Shown here piece by piece: positions 1 through 10,739 of a DNA stretch of 64,000 nucleotides. The DNA lies in assembly GCA_951406725.2 (NCBI GenBank), contig OX597824.1, positions 27,652,001 to 27,716,000 on the forward strand. Reading direction: 5' to 3'. The position numbers were made by a program, and so were the translations under genes. Below the pieces are notes generated by a model, which ran no database searches, was not told the DNA's origin, and saw only the letters and a list, made by a program, of their open reading frames with translations. Within the stretch, counting starts at the first letter, position 1. Every line of letters begins with the position of its first letter. This DNA is from Octopus vulgaris. Its lineage: Eukaryota.

Positions 1-17
1 GGGCTTAGATATCCTAG

Positions 18-20
<3 letters not shown>

Positions 21-83
<63 letters not shown>

Positions 84-150
84 CATATATATATATATAA
101 TATATATATACGTATGTATATATATGTATGTATGGATGTATGTATGTATG
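21..150. repeat. (TA)n/(TATG)n microsatellite, representative of dozens of similar tracts across the window
   Basis: Direct reading. Similar tracts at e.g. 1150-1345, 4222-4560, 13200-13520, 17840-17970, 26590-26760, 27316-27690, 34205-34365, 36930-37320, 43258-43605, 52008-52150. Confidence 0.97.
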
Positions 151-154
151 TGTT

Positions 155-357
155 TGAGTGTCTTCTCGCCTGTGTTTGTCTCTACCACTGCTTGACAACC
201 AACTTTGGTGTGTTTACGTCCCCGTAGCGCAACTTGGCGTAAGAGGCCGATAGAATAAGTACCAGTCTTAAAAGATAACAAGTACCCTGGGCAAGTTATT
301 TGGAAGGCGGTGCCCCAGCATGGCCGCAGTCCAATGATTGAAAGAGGCAACAGATAT
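155..357 (+). mobile_element. 3' half of SINE family B
   Basis: GATAGAATAAGTACC...GGCGGTGCCCCAGCATGGCCGCAGTC matches the reverse complement of the full copies at 24672-25102 and 47554-47952. Confidence 0.8.
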
Positions 358-370
358 AAACTATATATAC

Positions 371-426
<56 letters not shown>

Positions 427-428
<2 letters not shown>

Positions 429-620
429 CGGGAAGCTTTATGAAAATAGACAAAAGACGAAGGCAGGTGGAAAACAAACGAACAATTGTATTAGTATGGC
501 GCTCAGGAAATATAAATAAAACAAGTCTTTAACGTTTCGAGCCTACGCTCTTCAACAGAAAGATACACAGAGAGAAAAAAAACACAGAAAGAAGGAGAGA
601 AATATATATGCTAGCCATAC
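427..620 (-). mobile_element. Penelope-like terminal repeat (family P1) carrying a hammerhead-like motif
   Basis: Homologous to 5080-5300 (+) and 7866-8060 (-). All share GAAGAGC.TAGGCTCGAAA.GT.AAAGAC followed by a CTTCGTCTTTT tail abutting TA-rich repeats. Confidence 0.7.
526..563 (-). ncRNA. Minimal type-I hammerhead ribozyme motif, variant core CUGUUGA-A
   Basis: Minus strand: UCUUU CUGUUGA A GAGC guag GCUC GAAAC GUU^AAAGA. Stem I UCUUU/AAAGA, stem II GAGC/GCUC, palindromic AACGUU in place of stem III. Confidence 0.6.
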
Positions 621-944
621 AGGGAGAGAGAGGAAGCAGGAGAGAAAAAGGAGGAGAGAGAATGACAGACAGAGAGAAATTTTATACGCATTCATTTTCC
701 TCTTTCTCTCACGCACAGACACACGCACAATTCTTCATTGATTTATGCATCTAACACAAACGTTCACACATATTTGTACATAGACTTATACAATATGTCC
801 GTGTGTCCGTCTGTCTGTGTATATGTCTAGCTGCTTGCCTCACTCTTTCTTCCTCTCCTCTTCCTTTCACATTGGCTCTTTCAAGCTCTCCCTTCTTTCT
901 TCCTCTCGTAGTTGCCCGCACACATGTGTGCGGGTAAACACACG

Positions 945-989
<45 letters not shown>

Positions 990-1062
990 ACACACACACA
1001 TACAAATTGAAAACTATGAGGTATACGAGGAGGGGATACGGCGTAACTGTGATTGTATTGAG

Positions 1063-1105
<43 letters not shown>

Positions 1106-1154
1106 GATAGAGACAGGCAGACAGAATGAGAAAGAATGAGTGATAACATGTATG

Positions 1155-1210
<56 letters not shown>

Positions 1211-1312
1211 TATACATACATGTATATATACGTATATATATACGTATATACACACTTATATGTACATATATATTTATCTGTATATGTACATACATGCAAA
1301 GATATATGTATA

Positions 1313-1352
<40 letters not shown>

Positions 1353-2133
1353 CACACATACTCACTCACAGGCACACACATACAAACACTCACACACGCT
1401 CACACACACATACAAATACACACACACACGTACACACAATTATAACTGGTGTAAGTAGACGCTATTAATAAAAGTGAACTGTCATAAAGATTTACCATTC
1501 TTTATATCACGTTATTCCAACCGTTTTAAAAGGCCGTCTCTGCTTTTATCATTCGATATTTGCACTGGTCGGTTGGTTGGTGGCTGTGGTTTATACACTT
1601 CTTCCTGGTGGTGCTGGTAGTGGTGGTGTTGCTGCTGCTGTTGTTGTTGTTGTTGTTGTGATTGTTGTTGTTGCTAGTAGGGTAATAATGTATGTGTGAG
1701 ACGGAGGTGATTTTTAAATGTTTGCGTTGGTGGTTACTGTATAGAGTGTGATAGTAAGTAGGAAGGTTTGTGGTAACTGTGGTGACGGCAGTGTTAGTTG
1801 AAATGGAAGTCAAGATTGTTCTTCTTATATTTATTGTTGGCTGCGCCATACATTGACTCTCTTGTCGTTGCTGATACTGATGATAATGTGTTTGTTCATA
1901 CATTGTTATTGTTGTTGATGCGATTCTTCTTGTTCTGTGTAACTGTTACTTTTCGTAATGGCTTTAATGTGATTGATCTAGCTGATGTTTTTGCCGTCGT
2001 TGTCGTCGTCGTCATGGTCAGTGTCGTCGTCATCATCAACGTCGACTTAGTTGCTGTTGACTCAGATTTTTCTTTCCCCGTTTCGATCATTGGACTGTGG
2101 CCTTGCTGTGACGACCTCTTGAACGGTTTAGTC

Positions 2134-2729
2134 GAATGACTCTCACCTGGGGTCCATGTGGCCCCTAAGAGTCCATATGACCCCTGAGAGTCCATATGGC
2201 CCCTGAGAGTCCATATAGCCCCTGAGAGTCCAAATGGCCGCTGAGAGTCCATATGGCCCCTGAGAGTCCATATAGCCCCTGAGAATCCATATGGCCCCTG
2301 AGAGTCCATATAGCCCCTGAGAGTCCAAATGGCCGCTGAGAGTCCATATGGCCCCTGAGAATCCATATGGCACCTAAGAGTCCATATGGCCGCTGAGAGT
2401 CCATATGACCCCTGAGAATCCATATGGCACCTAAGAGTCCATATTAGATTTTGAGGGCTCCGTGCAAGAAAATGGAAATCTAGACATCTACAAGAGTGTT
2501 TAAATTTTGCTTTAGATGTATGTATTGGCATGTATTCCAAAAAAACAGGGTTCTTTCTCTAACATTTTACATAGTACAGCCGACACGAATTAATATGTGA
2601 AAAAGAAAAGAGGAATTTTGGAAGAAGTTGCAATAAAACTAGTTTTTATATATTGAATGTCGATGGGGGTCCACTAGAATAAATTAGAAATCAAGGTGGC
2701 CCATAGACAGAAAATGGGTGAAGTCCCTG
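2134..2729. mobile_element. hAT-like MITE with internal minisatellite
   Basis: 8-bp TSD GTTTAGTC (2126-2133) / CTTTAGTC (2730-2737). Degenerate termini resemble CAGTGGTTCTCAACC...GGTTGAGAACCCCTG. Confidence 0.6.
2150..2443. repeat. 19-bp minisatellite (GAGTCCATATGGCCCCTGA), about 15 copies
   Basis: Direct reading. It explains the repetitive ORFs 1896..2540, 2143..2373 and 2165..2404. Confidence 0.95.
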
Positions 2730-2989
2730 CTTTAGTCAAACAAATCGACCATGGGACTTATTTTGAAGTCTTGTACTTATATTCTCTACACTTTGTCCGA
2801 ATTACTAAGCCACGGTGATATAAATAAAAACAAATCCATTAACATACGTACTCCACCAAGCGCCATTGAATAGTATATATCCAAAAACCAGTACTTCCGA
2901 ATTCAAACAGACGAATGAGATCTCGAATTCTTTCTCAATCACCCACGTGTGTCACGAGTAATTCCGCAGAAAATGTATCTTTTTATATA

Positions 2990-3660
2990 TCAGGCCATAC
3001 AATAAGTTCTGTACGATTTTACCTTTTTTTAAATTGAATGAAATTTAATAGTATTTTATAATGTCTAATGGAATTTAAAATTATTTTTATGCATTTGTGT
3101 ACATTTAAACTAATTAAATATTATTTTGCAGAATAATAGAATTAAAATTTCTCTGATTAAAACCCTTTCTAACATGGAAGTATAAGGCACATAATTCTTT
3201 ATGAGTACCAAAAAAGGAAACTCTGCAGCCGAAGCGACTCGAAACATACACTCAGTTTATGGGAAAGAATGCTTGAATGAAAGAATTTGCAGAAGATTGT
3301 TTGCAAAATTTAGAAGTGAAATTTCAGCCCTGAAGATGAAGATCAAACAGGACGCCCAGTTGAGCTTGATGATAAGCTCTTTAAGTCATTACTTGAAGAA
3401 AATCCTGCATTATCCGTTGAAGAATTGGCATTAAAGCTTAGTTCAAACCATACAACGGTTCGTCGTCATTTTCAATAACTTGGAATGGTTCCTAAACTTG
3501 GAAAATGAGTGCCTCATGAATTGCCCGAAACTCATTTCACTCTTTTTGGATAGACTTGTGACTGGTAACGAAAAATGAATCTTCTATTGAAATATTAAAC
3601 GTCGTAAATAGTGACTTGGTAAAAGGGGAAAAAGCTCAACCACAACCAAGAAGGGACATG
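2990..3660 (+). mobile_element. Mariner transposase remnant (left TIR, HTH and start of DDD domain)
   Basis: KKGNSAAEATRNIHSVYG..RRLFAKFRS, then GRPVELDD, TTVRRH, GK*VPHEL (WVPHEL motif) and FLDRLVTGNEK*IFY (TGDEKW motif), with stops and frameshifts. TIR-like CAATAAGTTCTGTACGATTT near 3000. Confidence 0.9.
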
Positions 3661-3664
3661 GCAT

Positions 3665-4220
3665 TGCAATTTGGTTGTTGGATTTTTATAATCAAAATGT
3701 CCAAAAATGGGAGCTGTTCCTTGCTAAATTCCACTGTAAATTGAATGCTGGAGTTTATATTTTTCAATGTAGATTTGAAATCCAGAAGTTTATTATAGGT
3801 TTCATAACAGATGATAAAACAATCGTCTAGGTACCTTTTCCAGTTTCCTCTTATATACTGGTGGAATGGGGGTGCAAACTTTTGGGGCAAAAGTTCACAT
3901 AGGGTAGATTCAAAGAAACCCATTATCACGTTCGCAAGGACAGACGCTGCATTCGTTCCCATCTCAATACGGCATCATTGGTGATAGTATGTTTCATAGA
4001 ATAGGAAGTAATTTTGAAGGATGAACTTCAGAGATTCAATGACAAAAGTCATGTTTATGCGGTCCGGGAGAACTTCGGGGCATATTATAACCAGAATTTT
4101 ATTGCCTCTATTGTGTAGCCATATGGAATGTTGGTGTAGAGGTTGATGACATCGAAGGAGACAAAGAGTGCTTCTTCGTTGGTGGTTTTTGGTAGATGCT
4201 CGAGCATATTCAGACCGTCT
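3665..4220 (-). mobile_element. Penelope-like element reverse transcriptase fragment (decayed)
   Basis: [14 protein letters not shown] (ORF 4085..4270), then MGTNAASVLANVIMG, WKRYLDDCFII and INSSIQFTVEFSKEQLPFLDILI (ORF 3636..3962). These are PLE-type RT motifs. Confidence 0.9.
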
Positions 4221-4301
4221 CTACATACATACATACATACATACATACATACATACATACACACATACAATCATACATACATACATACATACATACATAC
4301 A

Positions 4302-4380
<79 letters not shown>

Positions 4381-4418
4381 GTATACGTATATATATATAT
4401 ATATATACATATATATAC

Positions 4419-4451
<33 letters not shown>

Positions 4452-4525
4452 AATATATATTCACACACATATTTATACACTCACACAGATAGTCACAGAC
4501 ACACACATATATAATATTTATGTCA

Positions 4526-4563
<38 letters not shown>

Positions 4564-4739
4564 GGTGCGTAAGATGTTTGAGAACAGGTTTATGTTCATA
4601 AAAAACGGATATATAATAACAAATAATAACTTTGGTTATCAAAAAATACTACGAGGATATAAAATAAAACTTCCTTTGATGAGAAATCACTCCAATATTC
4701 CACAACGTTTGAACCTTTTGAACTTCTCTAAACTTTTTT

Positions 4740-5075
4740 GTACTTTCTGCTTTTTCCTATTGTTTCTCTCAATCCTCATTTGTTACATTGCCTCTGTCTC
4801 CTCACCTTTCTTTTTCCTCTTTCTCTTCTCTTCTCCCTTTCTTCCCCTTCCTCTTTGTTTCTTCCTTCTTCCTACTTCTTTCTCTCCTTGTTTTCATTTA
4901 TTTTCTCCTCCAGCCTCTCGTATTTTTCTCCTCACCCCCTTTGCATTTTTTCTCCCCACACCTTTTGAATGTTTCCTCCTCACATATTTATTTGCCTTTC
5001 TCTCTCTCACCTTTTTCTTTATTCTCCTTTCTTTCGCTTTTCCTCTCGTTTCTACTTTATTATCTCCCCTTCTTC
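4740..5075 (+). repeat. Polypyrimidine low-complexity tract immediately upstream of a P1 terminal repeat
   Basis: Almost pure C/T. It gives the spurious F/L/S/P-rich ORFs. Confidence 0.85.
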
Positions 5076-5079
5076 CTAT

Positions 5080-5300
5080 CGCTCCTGTGTGGCCCATCTA
5101 TCCGGCATTCGCCATGATAGATTGCTTTCCACTAAACCTTTTTATATATTTTCTCTCCCTATTTATTTTTGTGTTCCTTTCTGTCGAAGAGCTTAGGCTC
5201 GAAACGTAAAAGACTTTCTCAGTTTCCGAGCGTTAAACTAATATATCTGATTGTTGTTTACACACCCATCTTCGTCTTTTATTTTTTTCAAATTCTCACT
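5080..5300 (+). mobile_element. Penelope-like terminal repeat (family P1)
   Basis: Homologous to 427-620 and 7866-8060. Ends at (TA)n. Confidence 0.7.
5177..5212 (+). ncRNA. Minimal hammerhead motif, variant core CUGUCGA-A
   Basis: CUUU CUGUCGA A GAGC uuag GCUC GAAAC GUA^AAAG. Confidence 0.6.
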
Positions 5301-5393
5301 ATATATATATATTTGTGTGTGTGTGTGCATGTATATATATATACACTCACACATATATGTATATATATGTATATGTACACGTATATGTGTATG

Positions 5394-5448
<55 letters not shown>

Positions 5449-6605
5449 CTCTATTCGCCACTTCCCCAACGCTTGGCCGTCGGTGTCGGTTTGTTTATAT
5501 CCTCGAACCGTAAATCAGTGGTTTGACAAGAGAGACGTATTGAATAAATATCAAAGTACGAACCTTAAAAGAAAAGGAAAAAAAAAAAACATATAATGTG
5601 GTCGATTTGTTCGAATGAACAATAGATGGCTCTGCCTCAGCATGGCCGCATACCAATGTCTGAAACAATGAAATATGATCTTGCTGTAAGGAGAAATAAA
5701 GAAATAAAGAAAAATAGAAATGGAGAGAAAGGAGAGAGGGAGAACAAAATATACAAGAGCAAGAGAGAGAGGGAGAGAGCGTAAGTGAGAAAGAGAGCTA
5801 ATTGGAAATAGAATTATTAATATAAGATAGAGAGTAAAAGAATTTCAGTGCCACAAAGAGATAAAGAGAAGAGAACACACACACACATACACACACAGAT
5901 AAAGATGAGAGGACACACACACGCACACGCACACACAAAGAAAGAGATTTGAAATGAGTGAAGAGGGAGAGTAGAATTTATAATCTTCCTTTACGTCTCG
6001 ATATGAACACTTTCCTTCTTTTCTATCGAATTAAAACATCGAGAGATTTAAGTTCCATAACAGCTAACATGTTTCTTTCAATCTGAGCATTCTCAATATA
6101 TTTAAGGGTTAATAATGCTTTAAGCATATTAGATATTAGTTGTCTTATATAGCAGAGAGATTAAGAATTGAATGAGAAATTGTAATCCGTTCCATCTGTT
6201 ATTGAAACGCAATATATATTCTGATTTAACTAGAATTTATACGAATGAACTATAAATAACAATACTACTTTCGTGGATAATTAATCAGTATCGATATAAA
6301 CATCATAAATATACAAACACAGAGGAAAATAGTGTGGAAAAGAAATAATATAAGAATGCAAAACGAATTAATGAATTCCTAGACACATTTTAGCGTGAAT
6401 CTCGAAATGTAAGTTTTGATTAATACACTACAATAGAAATAATAACTCGTCTGTTTGTCCAAGATGTCTTCTTCGTTAGATTCTTTCTATCGTATTTTTC
6501 GTATTTACATTCAATGTTGAGATAATTACACTTCGCCACTATCTTTATCTAAATACAAGTTATCAATTTTCATCATCGTTCTTATTAATGCTGTAGGCAT
6601 CTCAC

Positions 6606-6696
6606 CAAGTCTGTGTGACTATTAATTAGCTTTCTGTTGAAGGGACAGAACTCGTAGTCTGACAGTCTCATACGCTGCAATCTTTCTTCTGTAGTC
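6606..6696 (-). CDS. Candidate 91-nt internal exon of an unidentified host gene
   Basis: Minus strand: CTGAT branch-like site, TTTTCTTCTCTTTGCAG|G acceptor, and TTG|GTGAGA donor. One open frame reads [30 protein letters not shown]. No homology recognised. Confidence 0.3.
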
Positions 6697-6772
6697 CTGC
6701 AAAGAGAAGAAAATCAGAGATAGCCTCTCTCTCAAGATATGCAAGGGTCTTCTTTTCCGTTTAAACTATTCG

Positions 6773-6852
<80 letters not shown>

Positions 6853-6866
6853 AATCTATCTATCTA

Positions 6867-6945
<79 letters not shown>

Positions 6946-7045
6946 GTCTGTCTGTCTGTCTGTCCATCTATCTATCTATCTATCTATTTTTGTACCGATC
7001 TATCTGTCTGTTTATCTTTCCATCTATCTATCTATCTATCTATCC

Positions 7046-7107
<62 letters not shown>

Positions 7108-7120
7108 TTATTTATCTATG
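6773..7120. repeat. (TATC)n/(TGTC)n compound tetranucleotide (GATA/GACA) repeat
   Basis: Direct reading. Similar arrays at 39635-40200 and 63255-63620. Confidence 0.97.
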
Positions 7121-7333
7121 TAACAGCAGGTAAGCAAATATACATATGTGTGTGTGCATGCGTGTGTATGTGCGTTTGTGTGTGTGCGTGTGTGTGTGCG
7201 TGCATATCCTTATATCTCAGCACTATTTAGGGTAGGCTTAGGCGTTCAAAACACCACCGCCAAGTTACATTGAATGTGCAAGTTAATATTCAATACAAAG
7301 AATGCTGTGTGTGTGTGTGGGGGGTCTGTGTGT

Positions 7334-7372
<39 letters not shown>

Positions 7373-7650
7373 TGCATATAAATTGGAGGAGATGATGGAC
7401 TGAGATTTGGTCCCCGCTGCTGACTGACCAACGGGAGGGGTTAGAGTTCATGGTCGAAAAACCCGGTATTCATTGGATACTGTCTCACACCAACTCTTTA
7501 TGGCTAAAGCTTCTCTTCACTTTGGTGAGTGGAAACGAAGCATCTTCTACATGTTAACAAACACACACATACACACAGGTGTATGCGCATAAGGACACAC
7601 ACACACACATATAATATTTATATATAGATACATCCATATACATAAAGACG

Positions 7651-7697
<47 letters not shown>

Positions 7698-7865
7698 TAC
7701 ACATACATACATACGCACACTTATATTTATATATGAACACACATACACACAGATACACACAGACAGACACACATATATACTGTATATATGAATACATTTG
7801 TATACATACATGTATGTATGCTCATACGTATCTATAGATATGTGTGTAGTTGTACGTTTGTATAT

Positions 7866-8060
7866 GGGTAGAATTCACAAAAAACAAAACAAAAGACGAA
7901 GACAGGTGTAGTAGAAAACAAAATGTAGTAGTATAACGCTTAGGAAATGAAAAAAGTCTTTAACATTTCGAGCCTACGCTCTTCCACAGAAAGGAACACA
8001 GAAAGAAACAAAGGGAGAAAAAATGTGCGTAGTGGCTAGCGATCTATCAAGGCGAAATAT
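7866..8060 (-). mobile_element. Penelope-like terminal repeat (family P1)
   Basis: Third copy of the 427-620 / 5080-5300 family. Confidence 0.7.
7958..7993 (-). ncRNA. Minimal hammerhead motif, variant core CUGUGGA-A
   Basis: Minus strand: CUUU CUGUGGA A GAGC guag GCUC GAAAU GUU^AAAG. Confidence 0.55.
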
Positions 8061-8785
8061 CTGATTAGTAGTTTTCAGTCCTTTTGACTGGATGGCAGAG
8101 AGTGGAACTAGTGAAAACATTCTCAAAAATAAAACAGGAGGAATTTGCTTGAAAATGTAAACCAACAACTTTTATGAATTTCAAAAACTTTCTAACAGAT
8201 TATAGAAAACTGCAGAATATTCGTGGTTTGCGCTTAAAATATTTATTCTGTCTTCGGTTTACCTGATTCTTGTCACTGTATTTTGGGAAGTTGATTAGCC
8301 CAAGAAACACAGGCACTGGTGTCATTTCACTTTTTTTTAAAGTTTAGATTAATCAATTAGCTAATCTATAATTTCATTCATTATTCGGTCAATCAATCAA
8401 ACAGTTAGGTTAGAGTGAGTCCTATCGCAGTCATTCTCGATCTCACGAAAGTCATTAACTCTCTATTCCTGATCTGTCTGTATCTTAGATTTTAGATTCT
8501 ATATTTATAATTAGAATGATGTAAGAGTGCGGGGAGAGGTGAGTGGGTCTGTGTACGTGCGCCCGCATGTCCGCCTGCATGTCCGCCCGCATGTCTGCCC
8601 GCATGTGTTCCTGCTTGTGTGCCTTCATGTGCACCTGTGCGCTCAAAGTTCGGAATTTGTAAGTATGAACGGGTATGTGTATGTGTGCACGCGCCTGTGC
8701 GTAGGTATATAATGGTTTATGTAAAAGGCATGATTTAAAATGTTTATCTATTTATGTATTTATTTATTTGTTTATTCATCTATAT

Positions 8786-9152
8786 TTACCTCCACCTTCG
8801 CTAAGTATTCTTTTCAGTCGTGTTTGTTTGTTTGTTTGTCCGTGGAGAAAATATCTCACGAACTACTGGATGGATTCAGATGAAACTTTCAGGGATGTTT
8901 GGCCTTGTGACTGACACGAACTGATGAGATTTTGGGGTCGATTCGGTACCGGACAAGGATTCTGGATTATCTTTCCTCTTTTTTATTTTACTTAATGTTT
9001 CAGAGCGGTCGGGTTCATTGTTTGTAATCTCGTTTGTGAGAGCAGTCGAGTTTATATCAGATATTCACATTTTAAAACTCATCTCTGGCTAATCGTTGAG
9101 AGGACGTTGGTGTTGCCTTGGCGAAGCTTTGCGCTCTCTGAGTGCTCTTGTT
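8786..9152 (+). mobile_element. DINE-1/Helentron-like non-autonomous element
   Basis: Subterminal inverted repeat CTTCGCTAAG / CTTGGCGAAG, internal (GTTT)n, and a 3' hairpin GCGCTC-TCT-GAGTGC followed by a T-rich end. Confidence 0.65.
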
Positions 9153-10232
9153 TATTCTATGGTTAGTGTTTGTCTTTGTGAACAGATTGCATTTGTTTTG
9201 AGATATGTCAGTGCGAGTGCATGTATATACTGCACATTCAAGTGCAGTCCCTATACAAAGCATATAAACACGTGCATACACACAGACGTACACACCATTA
9301 CAAACCTAAAATCTATAATTTTTCCTGTAGGGTTCGAAGCTGGGAGTCTAATATACCACACTATCTCATTGACATTGTATTTATCGGCCAATTTAATATC
9401 GAAATGATGTCATGCCTCGACAAGACATGGGTAGGCACGTACATATCGGTTCCTATATGATCTTATATAGATTATAGATTAACTCTTCATCTTGTGAGTA
9501 GCGATAATTGGGTGGAAATTACATTTTACCTGTATTGTTTAATTCGTCTATTTTACTTGTTTCTCTCATTATACTGCGGCCTTGCTGAGACAGTGCCTTG
9601 AAAGATTTTTAATCGTATGAATTCACTCCAGTTCTTATATTCTTTTAAACGCACCAAGACCGGTTGGCGGGGAACAAACAGATATAAAGATACACACATA
9701 CACACATACACAAACATAGATACATACATACACACACGCGTACATACTTACATACATGCATGTACATACACTTATACATACATAAATACATTCATACAAA
9801 CACACAGACACACACACACATATATATACATATATTTATTTAAATTATAACAATAATTAAGGGTTTAGCAACTAGCTGCTTGACCACATACCGAAAATTT
9901 TATAACTAGCAACCAAAAGACTGCTATTTCTGTTTTCTACAAAAATATGTCTCTACAGATTACAATATTTGTAACTCACACAGGCAAAAAGAAGAAAAAT
10001 AATGAAATCAAACAGTCTTCGTTTAATTATGGAGGCGTTTCTGGATCAGAATTATAAAAATTCATTTCCGTTATCAACATAATATTTCGAAAATTATAAA
10101 TCTGAAAATGCTAGGAAAATTTACCCCTTATAATTCTGACCAAGCGCCATCAGAACATATAAAAGCTAATCAGCATATCCACATTTATATAGACTAGTGA
10201 ATTCGTATCTCCCTCCAATTTCACCATGTGCT

Positions 10233-10416
10233 TCACAAGATAGTACTGCAGAAAAAGATTCGCAGTTTTGTTATCGGGGAATGAAATAATCATTACAGAT
10301 ATAGGGTAAAACATTATTAATTTATTCTAATAAAATTAAATAAAATTTTACCAAGTAGTTTTCGGTATAGAAACGAAACAAAACTGCGAAACTTTTTCTG
10401 CAGTACTATCTTGTGA
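10233..10416. mobile_element. MITE with about 40-bp TIRs
   Basis: TCACAAGATAGTACTGCAGAAAAAG..TTCGCAGTTTTGTT and its near-perfect reverse complement at 10377-10416, with an AT-rich core. No TSD seen. Confidence 0.75.
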
Positions 10417-10510
10417 CGGATATTTACATTTGACAGTTATTTGTCCTCATTTTGTTTGTTATTAATACATCGTTTCGGCTGATAAACTCTCCAGCCTTCA
10501 TCAGGTGTCT
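10417..10510 (-). ncRNA. PLE terminal repeat (family P2) with canonical hammerhead core
   Basis: Minus strand: GACAC CUGAUGA A GGCUG gagaguuuau CAGCC GAAAC GAU GUAUU (core at about 10465-10509). The cleavage triplet is mutated. Homolog at 59540-59660 (+). Confidence 0.7.
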
Positions 10511-10558
10511 AACGGTACTTGGATGTGTGAACTAAATAAAGTCATCCATATAGATCCT

Positions 10559-10735
10559 GTGAATTCAATAAAGCCATCCGTATAGTTCACAATGGAAAAG
10601 GAAAAAGACAATTACCTAGTATTCCTGGACGTATGAATAAAAAGCACCAAGTATGGATCCAGAGCATCCGTATACCACAAGCCAGCCTTCACTGGACGAT
10701 ACCTCAACTTCAGTTCCCACCATCCGTATAAGTGA
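10559..10735 (+). mobile_element. Penelope-like RT C-terminal fragment
   Basis: Manual translation VNSIKPSV*FTMEKEKDNYLVFLDV*IKSTKYGSRASVYHKPAFTGRYLNFSSHHP contains the PLE FTxE..FLD..YRKP..YL..S.HP signature. Confidence 0.9.
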
Positions 10736-10739
10736 AAGG

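Larger units (their letters stand above)
2065..2830 (-). mobile_element. Degenerate SINE family B fragment split by a MITE
   Basis: GGCCTTGCTG...GTTTAGTC (to 2133) resumes as CTTTAGTCAAACAAATCGACC...GGACTTATT after 2730, as in intact family B copies. Confidence 0.6.

Noticed and set aside
751-1458. Long ORFs of YIYI/HTHT/VCVC type here and throughout the window
   Set aside because: They are translations of (TA)n, (CA)n, (TATG)n and (TATC)n microsatellites, which lack stop codons. No coding evidence.
2150-2443. CRISPR-like array
   Set aside because: Head-to-tail units with no unique spacers, no cas genes and a eukaryotic context.
1896-2540. 214-aa repetitive ORF (GHMDSQGPYGLSGAIWTLR)n resembling a structural protein
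   Set aside because: It is the product of a 19-bp minisatellite read through three frames inside a MITE.
4520-5209. 229-aa hydrophobic 'membrane protein' ORF
   Set aside because: F/L/S/P bias comes from a polypyrimidine tract plus a repeat terminus.
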